A stretch of DNA of 36,873 nt from Gemmatimonadales bacterium (GCA_036444955.1 JAZFQE010000152.1:1-36873); one strand, 5' to 3'. Positions 16,397 through 26,359 are shown, counted from the first letter of the stretch. The notes: generated from the sequence alone by a model not told the origin. A program made the numbers and translations.

Positions 16397-17224
16397 GTGT
16401 TCCCAATCATCCTTCGCTTCGTCGCAATAACGCTGATCATCTACGCGGTGATCATCGTGCTGGCCTGGAAGAACCAGGAACGCCTCGCGTTTCCCGGTCC
16501 CAGATCTCATCTACCGGAACCTGCTGCACTCGGTTTTCCGGAAGGAGAACTGGTGAGCCTGATAACTTCGGACTCGGTGGACATCGGGGGTTGGTTTCTC
16601 CCAGCGTTGGATTCCAGCACGTCCCACAGCCCGGGCATGATCTGGTTTTATGGCAATATGGAAACCGTCGACGTGCTGGCCCCTATCCTGCGAGATCTGA
16701 AACCTTCCTGGCTGGGACTGCTGATTATCAACTATCGTGGTTACGGTGAAAGCGACGGCAGGCCGACTGAGGAAGGCCTGTATCGCGACGCGGAGGCAGC
16801 TTGGCGGTACATGACCGAACGGCACGATATCGACAGTATGCGCATTGCTGTTTACGGTCGGTCGGTCGGCAGCGCCGTGGCGCTGTATCTGGCCAACGAA
16901 AACCCGGTCAAGGCCATCATTCTCGACTCCCCCATCTCGAGCGCGCAGGACATGGCGGACGTACACTACCGACTGCTGCCGAAATTTCTGCTCCGGTTGT
17001 CGCTCGATAACATTGAGCGCGCTACGAGGATCGACGTTCCGCTGCTTGTGTTCCATGGCACCGATGACCGTATCGCTCCGGTACGGATGGGGCGCGCGGT
17101 CGCGGAAGCAGGGCGGGCGCGGGAGCTAGTACTGATCGAGGGCGCAGGACACAACGACATGTATGATAGAGCGGGCACCGAGTACCGTGAGAAAATGCAC
17201 GCGTTTCTCGCCGAACATCTGTAA
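16397..17224 (+). CDS. Membrane-anchored alpha/beta-fold hydrolase (BEM46/ABHD13-like serine hydrolase)
   Basis: An N-terminal TM helix is present (FPIILRFVAITLIIYAVIIVLAW). The nucleophile elbow is YGRSVGS. Candidate Asp is HGTDDRIAP and candidate His is GAGHND. The start is GTG. Confidence 0.8.
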   Translation: MFPIILRFVAITLIIYAVIIVLAWKNQERLAFPGPRSHLPEPAALGFPEGELVSLITSDSVDIGGWFLPALDSSTSHSPGMIWFYGNMETVDVLAPILRDLKPSWLGLLIINYRGYGESDGRPTEEGLYRDAEAAWRYMTERHDIDSMRIAVYGRSVGSAVALYLANENPVKAIILDSPISSAQDMADVHYRLLPKFLLRLSLDNIERATRIDVPLLVFHGTDDRIAPVRMGRAVAEAGRARELVLIEGAGHNDMYDRAGTEYREKMHAFLAEHL

Positions 17225-17264
17225 CCCATACCAGCAGTCCGGGAACCAGAAAGCGAATTGAGCA

Positions 17265-18941
17265 ATGAAGATAAGAATCGGGCTGGTGATCTGTCTGTCG
17301 TTTGCTAACTCAGTCGCCGCTCAGGAGGCGCCGGCCGACCTGCTCGTCACGGGTGCTACGATTTACACCGCTGATGTAAACAATCCTGTCACCACCGCTT
17401 TCGCGGTGCGTCAAGATCGAATTGTAAGAGTGGGAAGCGAAGCCGAGGTGTTAGCGCTCGAAGGCCCCAATACCGAACGTCTCGATCTCAGCGGACTGAC
17501 CGTCATTCCCGGTATGATCGACGCGCATGCCCACCTCGCCCTCTTGGCGATGTTCTTGAGGCGAGTCGATCTCGTCGGCACCACGTCATTTGCCGACGTT
17601 ATCGAGCGTGTCTCCGAGGAAGCGGCCACCACCCAACCCGGAGTCTGGATTCGAGGATATGGTTGGGATCAGAACGATTGGGAAAACAAGGAGTTTCCCA
17701 CCCATGAACAGCTCTCCACGGTAGTTCCTAACAACCCCGTTTTCCTCGAACGAATCGACGGCCATGCGGTGTTGCTCAACGCGGTCGCACTGGATCTGGT
17801 GGGTATCACCGCCGCTACGAGTGATCCGGAAGGTGGACGTACCCTGCGCGACCAACAGGGCAACCCGACTGGGGTGTTAATCGATAACGCCGCCGACTCG
17901 GCCGAAGCCAGGCTTCCTGCCACATCGTCGCAGGAGATCCGTGAAGCCGCGCGCGGTGCGATAGCTCACTTGAGCGCGTTCGGACTGACGGGTATCCACG
18001 ACGCCAGTGTAGGCCAAGACACTATCGACGTATTCGAGGAGATGGCGAGAGAAGGAGAGTTCAACCTCCGATCTTATATCATGGTGTCGAACGACGACGC
18101 AAACCTGGAACACTACTTGCGACGCGGGCCTCAATTCGGCCTGTACGACGGCCGCATCTGGATTCGTAGCATCAAGATCCAGGTGGACGGCGCACTTGGC
18201 AGCCGGGGTGCCGCCCTGCTGGAGGACTATTCAGATGATCCGCGTAACCGCGGACTAATCACAGCTTCGTACGAACGAGTTCACGAGGTGGCTGTCCGGG
18301 CGCTGCGCAACGGGTTTCAACTCAACGTCCATGCAATAGGAGACCGGGGTAACCGCAACGTGCTCGATGCATATGAGGCCGCTCTGGACGAAGTTCCGGT
18401 CGCCGATCATCGCTTTCGAATCGAACACGCCCAAATCCTTCACCCCGACGATATCACCCGCTTCGCAGAACTTGGCGTGATCCCATCGATGCAAGGAAGC
18501 CATCAGACGAGTGACATGTACTGGGCTACGGACCGAGTCGGCCCGGATAGGATACGCGGTGCTTACGCCTGGAGATCTTTGCTCGATACGGGGGTAATCG
18601 TACCAAATGGATCAGACTTTCCGGTCGAGTCCGCCAACCCGCTGATCTCCTTCCGCGCTTTCTTTACCCGTCGCGACGCCGACGGCTGGCCGGAGGGCGG
18701 ATGGCATCCCGAACAGCGTACCAGTAGAGAAGAAGCGTTACTGAGTATGACGCTGTGGCCCGCTCAGGCCGCCTTCATGGAGGACGTGGTGGGATCGCTG
18801 TCGCCCGGCAAGTACGCAGACTTTGTGGTCCTCGACCGGGACATAATGAGTGTGAGCGAAGACCAGATCCTTGATACCAAGGTCCTCATGACTTTCCTTG
18901 GCGGGCGGCTCATTTATGAGCGGAGCAATGTAAGCAACTAG
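17265..18941 (+). CDS. Secreted metal-dependent amidohydrolase (amidohydrolase-3/YtcJ-like TIM-barrel family)
   Basis: It has a signal peptide (MKIRIGLVICLSFANSVAAQ) and the HxH metal motif GMIDAHAHL. It also shows VHAIGD and a late NGSDFPVE segment. 558 aa. Confidence 0.8.
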   Translation: MKIRIGLVICLSFANSVAAQEAPADLLVTGATIYTADVNNPVTTAFAVRQDRIVRVGSEAEVLALEGPNTERLDLSGLTVIPGMIDAHAHLALLAMFLRRVDLVGTTSFADVIERVSEEAATTQPGVWIRGYGWDQNDWENKEFPTHEQLSTVVPNNPVFLERIDGHAVLLNAVALDLVGITAATSDPEGGRTLRDQQGNPTGVLIDNAADSAEARLPATSSQEIREAARGAIAHLSAFGLTGIHDASVGQDTIDVFEEMAREGEFNLRSYIMVSNDDANLEHYLRRGPQFGLYDGRIWIRSIKIQVDGALGSRGAALLEDYSDDPRNRGLITASYERVHEVAVRALRNGFQLNVHAIGDRGNRNVLDAYEAALDEVPVADHRFRIEHAQILHPDDITRFAELGVIPSMQGSHQTSDMYWATDRVGPDRIRGAYAWRSLLDTGVIVPNGSDFPVESANPLISFRAFFTRRDADGWPEGGWHPEQRTSREEALLSMTLWPAQAAFMEDVVGSLSPGKYADFVVLDRDIMSVSEDQILDTKVLMTFLGGRLIYERSNVSN

Positions 18942-20140
18942 GCAGCCTCGACTGCCCCCGCCGGTTCCACTTTTATTGGCACGCCTAGAGCGAGGAACGT
19001 AACTAACCCGACGACCGCTGCGGACACAAAGAACGGCGTGGCAATACCAATCCCCTGGAAAACCGCGGTCGCCCATATAGGCGCGAACACCCTCGCAACT
19101 CCTCCAAACGACTGCTGCACTCCTAATACCTGTCCCAGCTCCGACTTGGGTGCCAATCTAGTCACCAGAGCCGACACCGACGGGAAAAGACATGCCGTGC
19201 CGATGGGCACCAGCGACGATACCGCCGCAAATGCGACTGCCGAACCTTGAAGCGGACTCAAGGCCAGGCCGAGAGCCAGGGAAACAGTACCGAAACGCAT
19301 GACTTTGGTCTCGCCGAACCGGTCGACCAGCCTGCCGAGTACCACAGCTCTCATTATCACAGACAGGGCACCGATATATAAGAAGAAGAGCCCGATCGTC
19401 TTCTCTGTTATTCCGAATCGCGCATCGAGATAGAGCGCCAACACCGCCGCCATGGACATGAATCCGAGCATCCCTACGGTGTAGATCCATATCAGCCGTG
19501 GCAGTCTCTTATAGGGGCGGCTCAACACTTCCCACATAACCGCTCTGATCTTGCGGGTCGGCATTGTATCTTGGGCTCCGTCTGCCGTTCTCTTCTTGCC
19601 AGGATACGATTCCGGCAACCACCTCCAAGCAAAGGCGATGTTCGTGATACACAGTGTCGCGGCAATGAGCCCCGGAGCAGCATATCCCAGACCTATTGAG
19701 AGCGAACCGATCGCAGGACCAATCATGACACCGGCACTCGTGGCGGCCGAGAGCCAGCCCAGCGCCTTGGCTCGATCTTTCGGCTCAAACGCATCACCGA
19801 TGTAGGCCTGCGCCACACCGGTAGTTCCGCCGCCAACGCCCTGGACGACTCTGGACAGAAACAACATCCACAAACTCGTAGCCAGGCCGAAGACGACGTA
19901 GGCAATCGCCGAAGCGGTTAGTCCAATTAGCAGCGCTGGGCGTCTTCCATAATGATCGGAGAACCGTCCCCACAGAGGCGCGGCAGCCAGCTGCGCGATC
20001 GAGAAGCTGGCAATTATCCACCCGATCATCCACGGGTCCGCATCCAGACGCAACGCGTAGTAAGGTAGAAGCGGAAAGATTATCGCGAACCCCAGCATGT
20101 CCACAAACACGGTGGCCATGAGCACCGAGATCTTCTTCAT
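18938..20140 (-). CDS. MFS transporter (drug:H+ antiporter / Tet-like subfamily)
   Basis: 400 aa with about 12 hydrophobic segments and MFS motif A (GRFSDHYGRRPALL). Its ATG overlaps the stop of the upstream ABC permease (ATGA at 20137..20140). Confidence 0.85.
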   Translation of the reverse strand: MKKISVLMATVFVDMLGFAIIFPLLPYYALRLDADPWMIGWIIASFSIAQLAAAPLWGRFSDHYGRRPALLIGLTASAIAYVVFGLATSLWMLFLSRVVQGVGGGTTGVAQAYIGDAFEPKDRAKALGWLSAATSAGVMIGPAIGSLSIGLGYAAPGLIAATLCITNIAFAWRWLPESYPGKKRTADGAQDTMPTRKIRAVMWEVLSRPYKRLPRLIWIYTVGMLGFMSMAAVLALYLDARFGITEKTIGLFFLYIGALSVIMRAVVLGRLVDRFGETKVMRFGTVSLALGLALSPLQGSAVAFAAVSSLVPIGTACLFPSVSALVTRLAPKSELGQVLGVQQSFGGVARVFAPIWATAVFQGIGIATPFFVSAAVVGLVTFLALGVPIKVEPAGAVEAA

Positions 20141-21789
20141 CGCCTAGTCCCCAGCGCCATGGCGCCCGCTGTTACGAACATGAGCACGACACCGTAAGCG
20201 GCGGCCTGTCCGATGTCGAATTGCCTTAGCGCCCCCAGTATCTCGATCGATATCGGCCTTGTCTCGAACGTGTACAGCACAACCGACGTAACGAAGTCAC
20301 CCACAGCGGTCGCGAACGCCAGCGCTCCTCCGACGAGGAGCGCAGGTCTGAGAAGCGGCATCGTCACTTTCCATATCGTGCGGAATCTCCCCGCACCAAG
20401 TGACGCAGCAGCTTCCGCAAGCGAGGGATCGAGCTGTCTGAACCCGGCAACAACCGCCCCCGCCGCGATGGGGATGTTGCGAACGAAGTAAGCGAGCGGC
20501 AGGATGACGACTGTTCCCACCAAGACCCATCTTCCCGCCAGCGGAGCCTTGAGACTAAACATAGTGGCCAGTGCAATCGCCAGAACCGTGCCTGGAACAG
20601 CCCATGGTACGCTAAGAAGCCTCTCAATCGCTCCACGCATTCTGACTTTTCGCTGCACAATCTCACGACCGGCCCAGAGCGCAACACCAAGTACGGCAAC
20701 CGTACTTGCGGCGGCCATCCATAGGGAGTTGAGCAGGGGTCTCAATCTCTCCGGTTCGCCAATCAGTGTGGCGTAATTGGTCAGTGAGTATCGCGCCGGC
20801 AGGATCTCCGTGGTCCAGGCGTTTAGCGGAACCAGCGAGACCATAACCAGAGTGATGTGAGGAAGAAGCAGAAACAGAGCGAAGAGCCAACCTATGATTG
20901 CAGCGCCCCATCGTGCGATCGGCTGACTTATTTGCGTGGCTGTTGCCGGTATACCCTTGCTCATAATAGCCACAGAGCGCTCACCCTGAAACCGCCGAAA
21001 CAGGAAGAGACCGGCTAGGGCGACCGTCGCAAGCAGTGTCGTTTCAACCATCGCGGCGGGCATGTCACCGTTCAGTTTTGAGGCAACAATCTGCGTTGTC
21101 ATGACGCGGAAGCCACCACCAAAGATGTACGGCGCGGAAAACGAGCCCAGGGAGGTCATCAGTGCGAGCAGCGCCGCAGCGGCGAGCTGCGGTTTCAGGA
21201 GGGGAAGCGTCACCTTTCTCACTATATCCACCGGCATGTGCCCTAGTGATTGAGCGGCCTCGATCATTGAGCTGTCGATCTTTGCGAGGCCAGCTCGTAC
21301 AAACAGGTAGAAATACACGTACATCGAGTAGGCGTGGACCAGCAGGATCGCTCCCGCTCCGCGGAGTCGCCAGGGAGACTCGTCGATACGCAACAGGCCG
21401 GTCACCGCTCGTGCTACGATCCCGCTTTCGCCATACAGGAACAGGAAGGCTATCACACCGACAAGCGGAGGAAGCACTATCGGCAGAGCAACGAGGGCCC
21501 CTAATACCTTTCGGCCCGGGAATTCCAGCCTCTCAAAGACGAACGCCAGCGGCACGCCAATGACACCGGCAAGCACCACGCTGGCCAGAGAAATCCAGAT
21601 GCTGTTCCACAATGCACTCCACTCGCTCGGATCGCGAATGAAACCGACGACATTGACAAGCGTCCAACCATCCGGCCCGCGAAAACTTTCGACAACGACG
21701 AGAGTGATAGGATAGACGACAATCCACCCGAGAAAGACCGCCAGTACCGCGCCGTATCTACGCCTCACTCGGCTCCCGCGGAAACGCAT
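20137..21789 (-). CDS. Two-domain ABC importer permease (FbpB/ThiP-type)
   Basis: 550-aa polytopic protein with a duplicated permease core, as in FbpB/ThiP. An alternative GTG start at 21768 has GGGAG 4 nt upstream. The maximal start at 21789 overlaps the ATPase gene by 32 nt. Confidence 0.85.
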   Translation of the reverse strand: MRFRGSRVRRRYGAVLAVFLGWIVVYPITLVVVESFRGPDGWTLVNVVGFIRDPSEWSALWNSIWISLASVVLAGVIGVPLAFVFERLEFPGRKVLGALVALPIVLPPLVGVIAFLFLYGESGIVARAVTGLLRIDESPWRLRGAGAILLVHAYSMYVYFYLFVRAGLAKIDSSMIEAAQSLGHMPVDIVRKVTLPLLKPQLAAAALLALMTSLGSFSAPYIFGGGFRVMTTQIVASKLNGDMPAAMVETTLLATVALAGLFLFRRFQGERSVAIMSKGIPATATQISQPIARWGAAIIGWLFALFLLLPHITLVMVSLVPLNAWTTEILPARYSLTNYATLIGEPERLRPLLNSLWMAAASTVAVLGVALWAGREIVQRKVRMRGAIERLLSVPWAVPGTVLAIALATMFSLKAPLAGRWVLVGTVVILPLAYFVRNIPIAAGAVVAGFRQLDPSLAEAAASLGAGRFRTIWKVTMPLLRPALLVGGALAFATAVGDFVTSVVLYTFETRPISIEILGALRQFDIGQAAAYGVVLMFVTAGAMALGTRR

Positions 21790-22795
21790 ACGCCATGGTT
21801 GCGGTCGCGCGCACTTTATCCCCCACCGCTGCAGAACGGATCGACGATTCTACTTCGAGCTCGTTGTCTCCCACATCGAGCGAGAAGTACGCGCGAGCTC
21901 CGCCATAACGTACAGACGTTATCGTTCCTTCGATTCCTCTGGTGCCGAGCGTAAGATGTTGCGGCCTAACCACCACATCGACAGCAGTTCCCTGCACCAT
22001 TCCCCGCGCGACCTTCACGTCCCATTCCACGTCGTCGGCAACTCTCGCACGATCGATACCAACCATCGTTCCCCTGAGCACGCTAGCCCTGCCGACAAAA
22101 GTGGCGACGAACAAATTGCTGGGATTCTCGTACAGCTCGGGAGCGGGGCCGACCTGCTGTAGCTTCCCCTCGTTCAACACCGCCACTACGTCACCCAGCG
22201 CGAAGGCTTCTTCTTGCTCGTGGGTGACGAAGATCGTTGTGATACCCACTTCCTTGAGTGCGGAGCGCAGCTCTGTCCGCGTTTTCTCACGCAGCGCAGG
22301 ATCTAAGTTCGAAAGAGGCTCATCGAGCAACAGCACCGGAGGGTTGGGAGCGAGAGCACGAGCAACCGCAACACGTTGCTGCTGGCCGCCCGAAAGCGAA
22401 CTCACATCCCGTTTTTCGAATCCGCCCAGATCAACAAGATCGAGAACTTCAGATACGCGGTTTTGGATCTCGAGTTTCGCAAGGTTGGTGAGCCCGAACG
22501 CCACGTTCTCCCCAACGTTGAGATGTGGGAACAGCGCATAGTGTTGGAAGACCATTCCAAAACGGCGCTCGGCGGGGCCGTGTGAAGTCACGTTACGACC
22601 GTCGACCTGCACGGATCCCGAGTCCGGCCTCTCGAAACCTGCGAGCAACCGCAGCATGGTGGTCTTGCCGCTACCGCTTGGTCCCAAGAGCGCCAAAATT
22701 TCGCCTCGCTCAATTTCGAGCGAAACGTCGTCGGCAGCTGCGTGAGTTCCGAACCGTTTTGTGAGGTTTTGGATCTGGAGGAAGGGTTCGGGCAT
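21758..22795 (-). CDS. ABC transporter ATP-binding protein (FbpC/PotA-type with C-terminal regulatory/TOBE-like extension)
   Basis: Walker A is GPSGSGKT, the signature motif is LSGGQQQRVAVARAL and Walker B is LLLDEPLSNLD. About 110 extra aa follow at the C-terminus. Confidence 0.9.
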   Translation of the reverse strand: MPEPFLQIQNLTKRFGTHAAADDVSLEIERGEILALLGPSGSGKTTMLRLLAGFERPDSGSVQVDGRNVTSHGPAERRFGMVFQHYALFPHLNVGENVAFGLTNLAKLEIQNRVSEVLDLVDLGGFEKRDVSSLSGGQQQRVAVARALAPNPPVLLLDEPLSNLDPALREKTRTELRSALKEVGITTIFVTHEQEEAFALGDVVAVLNEGKLQQVGPAPELYENPSNLFVATFVGRASVLRGTMVGIDRARVADDVEWDVKVARGMVQGTAVDVVVRPQHLTLGTRGIEGTITSVRYGGARAYFSLDVGDNELEVESSIRSAAVGDKVRATATMAYAFPREPSEA

Positions 22796-22806
22796 TAGTT
22801 AACAGA

Positions 22807-23835
22807 CTACTCGTCACCCGATCCGCGGATCTTTCTGTCCCAATACCTCATCCAGCTAGAGCCGCTGTCAGCTAGGAGCTGCCAGTCCATTTCCTCGACA
22901 ACTAGATCAGATCGAACGGCATTTACCCACGGCGGCAAAGAATCTTCCGGAAGATCCGTTCTTGCTGGTAACCTAAAAACTTCCCGAGCAGCGAGAAGTT
23001 GGGCTTCCACGGATCCGACCCAGTCCACGAACCGTCTCGCCAGCTCCGGGCGTCGAGTGCCTCGAACGACCGCTATTGCGTCTTCAATTACCGGCGTCCC
23101 ACTCGAAGGGAGGACGTAATCGAAAGGTTGTCCCTTATTACCCTCCACCAATATGTCGGGAAGGTCCCACAAAGTGAGAATCCCCTCCTGTCTGATCAAC
23201 TTCTGGTGCAGGAGGGCGGGGTTGATCACGTACTCCCGAGTTTGGCCGTCGAGTCTCCGGAGCCAGCGTACTCCAAGGGTGGTGTCACCTCCCTCCCGGA
23301 GGCCCCGCTGCATAACCATTCCAAAGATCGCACGCATGGTTCCCGAGGCTAGCGGGTCTCTTATCACCACCTTGTCGCGCCATCTCGCGTCCAGAATTTC
23401 ATCCCAGTCGGTGGGAGCTGCCTCCCTAGTAAGGGCACTGGAGTTGAAGGCTATTACCGCAGGGGTTTCGTAGGCCGCAAAATAAAAGTCGCCGGCACCT
23501 CGGCCGCGCGGGTGTATGGAACTCGCCCATTCGGGCCGGTAGGCCGCGAGCAGGGATTCGGACGCGGCCCGGGCAAACAAGATCGAGGGTCCGCCAAACC
23601 ACACGTCGGCCTGGGGATTAGAACGCTCCGATCTAATCCTATCCAGCACGTCCTGCGAGCCCATGTCCAGCCAGCGAACGTCAACGTCGGGATTTGCAGC
23701 TTCGAAGATGTCTTCCGCGCGCTCCAGCAAGTCCCGACCGTGCGGGGAATAGATCACGAGGGGCGTGCGCCCGTCTCCACACGCCGTAAACGACACGGAC
23801 GCAAGCAACATGACCGGCGCAATTCGATTTTTCAT
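22807..23835 (-). CDS. ABC transporter periplasmic binding protein, family 1 (FbpA/AfuA-type), predicted lipoprotein
   Basis: The segment LVIYSPHGRDLLERAEDIFEAANPDVDVRWLDMGSQDVLDRIRSERSNPQADVWFGG is typical of FbpA/AfuA-like binding proteins. Starting at ATG 23835 gives the lipoprotein signal MKNRIAPVMLLASVSFTACG. The maximal ORF starts at TTG 23865. Confidence 0.8.
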   Translation of the reverse strand: MKNRIAPVMLLASVSFTACGDGRTPLVIYSPHGRDLLERAEDIFEAANPDVDVRWLDMGSQDVLDRIRSERSNPQADVWFGGPSILFARAASESLLAAYRPEWASSIHPRGRGAGDFYFAAYETPAVIAFNSSALTREAAPTDWDEILDARWRDKVVIRDPLASGTMRAIFGMVMQRGLREGGDTTLGVRWLRRLDGQTREYVINPALLHQKLIRQEGILTLWDLPDILVEGNKGQPFDYVLPSSGTPVIEDAIAVVRGTRRPELARRFVDWVGSVEAQLLAAREVFRLPARTDLPEDSLPPWVNAVRSDLVVEEMDWQLLADSGSSWMRYWDRKIRGSGDE

Positions 23836-23842
23836 CAGCAAG

Positions 23843-26359
23843 TCAGGGTAGGGCTTCAAGTTCAAGTCCTAGGAGGTTCAATAACAGTCTAGACGCTCCG
23901 GGGACGCCAGCCGGGAGCGCTCGGAAAAAACTCAAGCCAGTGTACACATAAATGCCCTCGCCGTAACGAGCGACCAACAGGCCGCCTTCCAGCGGCGGCT
24001 GACCGGGATCGGACATGCGCAACAAGGATTGGTAAGCGTCATCCCACTCGTGCGCGAAGTAGAGTCCCCTTTCCTGGGGCCAACCGTTCCAGTCGGCATC
24101 GTTGATTTCATTCGGGGAGTTGAAGACAGGGTGGTTTGGCTGGAGCACGACAACCGGCGCCGTTTCATCAGTCACGCGATCGTGTGGCCTTGCAATTTCC
24201 ATTGGAAATGGAGCAAAATTTCCTCTAATGAAAGCATACTGCTGATACTGAACGATGACCAAGCCACCACTCCGTACGAAGTCAAGAAGTCGATCGTTGT
24301 GCAGATTGAGCGACGAATCGGTTTCGTATGCCCTACTTCCCACAACTATCACATCGAACGCCGAAAGGTCACCGGACTCCAGATCCACTTTACCGAGCAT
24401 CTGTACCGGTACCCCGAGCCGTTCGAGGGCCTCTGGTACGCGGTCCGCCGCGCCTCTTATGTAACCGATCCGGCGGGCGTTGGGGAAAGAGATCGGCGCC
24501 ACTATTATCTTTGCCTCAGCAGGCAGAACGTATGAGGTAGTGCGGATGTGTGGATACTCCACTGACTCAATCCCGCTATCGAACTCCTCGCCGCCGTCCG
24601 TTCGAGCAATAGCATGCAGCGCTACGACCGCAGACGATACGCGGTCCGGTCTAACAACCGCAAAGGAGAAAACCTGTGACTCTCCACTCCTACTGAACGC
24701 GAAGCGCTGAACGGAGGGTTGTTCCCAGCCGTCGATAATCAAGTCGACCGTACCTGCAGTTGTATCGGGGCCATTATGCGTGAGCGTGACAGCCACCTCA
24801 CGGGCGTCACGGGAAGCCGACGGCCAGACCAGCATCTTGGGATTAAGTGTGACGTCAATGCGCGGCACGACACGCACCTCTCTGCGCACTTCCCCGCGCG
24901 CCTGGTCGTTGTATCTATAGGAAACCTCGCGACTGAGCGAAAATTGTCGCTCGGACGACGTACCCGCACCGAAGACACGCGCCTGGACGTGCACCGTAAC
25001 CATAGGTGGTTGGAATGGAAGTGAACGGTGTTCGGCGGGCGTGCCTCGCCAATCGTAAAGAAAACCGGAGCGTGGGCTTTCCAAGAAGTATGGCTGCGTA
25101 AATCTGGCGTCACCCGGTACAACGGCGCGATAAGCTACGGTCCTACTCTCGCCTGGCAGGATCCGCCCCTGCTCGGATTGGGTGGCTTCAAAGGTCCAAC
25201 CGTCCGGAGCGGCAAAATTAATTTGATCAACGGTGATCTCGAAAGAGCCGCTGTTGTACACTTCAACTGCAATTTCAAAGTTCTGTCCCGGGATCAACTC
25301 AGCATCATCCGCTAGAGCGTCAACAAATAAGCCCGTTGCAATGCCCAGGGCCTGCTCAACGAGCTCTTTGTTTCCAACAGAATCCTCACCCAACCTCGCG
25401 AGGGCGTCGAGCAACGGCACAACGGCGGCGCTGAGGTTAACTGCGGTAATTTCTCGTCGCAGCGAGTCAGCTAGCTCAGCCAACCAGCTCCGCTGACGAT
25501 CAAAATCGGGGAACAGTCCAGTACCACCAGCTGATTGAACAGACTCGACGAGAATGAGACTCGTGCTTGCGGGACCAACTCTCTGAAGACGACCCATATC
25601 CTGCGAGCGGTGCCGGCTCCTGCTGTCCATCGCCAATTGGTGAATGGAGCGACCGCTTCGCGCCTCAACGTGACCGGTGGAGAGATGGAGTGTTGCCGAA
25701 TTCGGATCGATCCACGCGGACCGATAGAATCTCAAGGGCCGCCACGGTTGAAGGCCCTCCTCTGTCAGCAGCTCCGCAAAATGATTGGAATCGCCCGCAA
25801 CACCGAACGCTGCCAATGCGGTAACGCCGGCCGCCTGATGCTGGCCGTGACCGTCTCGCGGAGTGCCGGAGAAAATTGATACGATCACGTGTGGTCTGAA
25901 ACGCCGTACCACGCGCACGGCGTCTTTGAGTATCGAGTCAGGATGCCAGAAGCGGGACGTCTCGTCGAGTGATCTCGTAAACCCGAAGTCGAATGCGCGG
26001 CTAAAATATTGTTGCGCTCTGTCTATCCCTCTTGCGGCTTGAAGTTCTTGAGACCTTAGCAACCCTAACGCCGGTCCGAGTTCCACCCCAATCAAATTCT
26101 GGCCGCCTTCTCCGCGAGAAAGCGAGAGATACGCCGCCCGGGCACCGTACTCGCGGGATGCCAGGGCGAGCAGTTGGGTATCTTCATCGTCTGGATGCGC
26201 ACCTATGACGAGTAGGCGACGGTTTTCAGTGAGCTGGTGGAGGAGTCGATCGAATTCGGCGATTCCGCCGTTGGATGGAGGTGAAAGCTGTGCTACGAGC
26301 GGTGCGCACCAGACGCTGGTTGCGCCGAGCAGCCAAAGACTAAGCCGCGTCACGCGCAA
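23843..26359 (-). CDS. Secreted multi-domain PIG-L/LmbE-family deacetylase (N-terminal LmbE domain, central beta-rich region, C-terminal GATase1/ThuA-like region)
   Basis: It has a signal peptide (RVTRLSLWLLGATSVWCAPLVAQ). The LmbE zinc motifs are VIGAHPDDED and DGHGQHQ (HxxH). The C-terminal segment FDVIVVGSRAYETDSSLNLHNDRLLDFVRSGGLVIVQYQQ resembles class-I glutamine-amidotransferase-like folds; that part is my inference. The start is TTG 26359 or GTG 26353. Confidence 0.75.
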   Translation of the reverse strand: MRVTRLSLWLLGATSVWCAPLVAQLSPPSNGGIAEFDRLLHQLTENRRLLVIGAHPDDEDTQLLALASREYGARAAYLSLSRGEGGQNLIGVELGPALGLLRSQELQAARGIDRAQQYFSRAFDFGFTRSLDETSRFWHPDSILKDAVRVVRRFRPHVIVSIFSGTPRDGHGQHQAAGVTALAAFGVAGDSNHFAELLTEEGLQPWRPLRFYRSAWIDPNSATLHLSTGHVEARSGRSIHQLAMDSRSRHRSQDMGRLQRVGPASTSLILVESVQSAGGTGLFPDFDRQRSWLAELADSLRREITAVNLSAAVVPLLDALARLGEDSVGNKELVEQALGIATGLFVDALADDAELIPGQNFEIAVEVYNSGSFEITVDQINFAAPDGWTFEATQSEQGRILPGESRTVAYRAVVPGDARFTQPYFLESPRSGFLYDWRGTPAEHRSLPFQPPMVTVHVQARVFGAGTSSERQFSLSREVSYRYNDQARGEVRREVRVVPRIDVTLNPKMLVWPSASRDAREVAVTLTHNGPDTTAGTVDLIIDGWEQPSVQRFAFSRSGESQVFSFAVVRPDRVSSAVVALHAIARTDGGEEFDSGIESVEYPHIRTTSYVLPAEAKIIVAPISFPNARRIGYIRGAADRVPEALERLGVPVQMLGKVDLESGDLSAFDVIVVGSRAYETDSSLNLHNDRLLDFVRSGGLVIVQYQQYAFIRGNFAPFPMEIARPHDRVTDETAPVVVLQPNHPVFNSPNEINDADWNGWPQERGLYFAHEWDDAYQSLLRMSDPGQPPLEGGLLVARYGEGIYVYTGLSFFRALPAGVPGASRLLLNLLGLELEALP

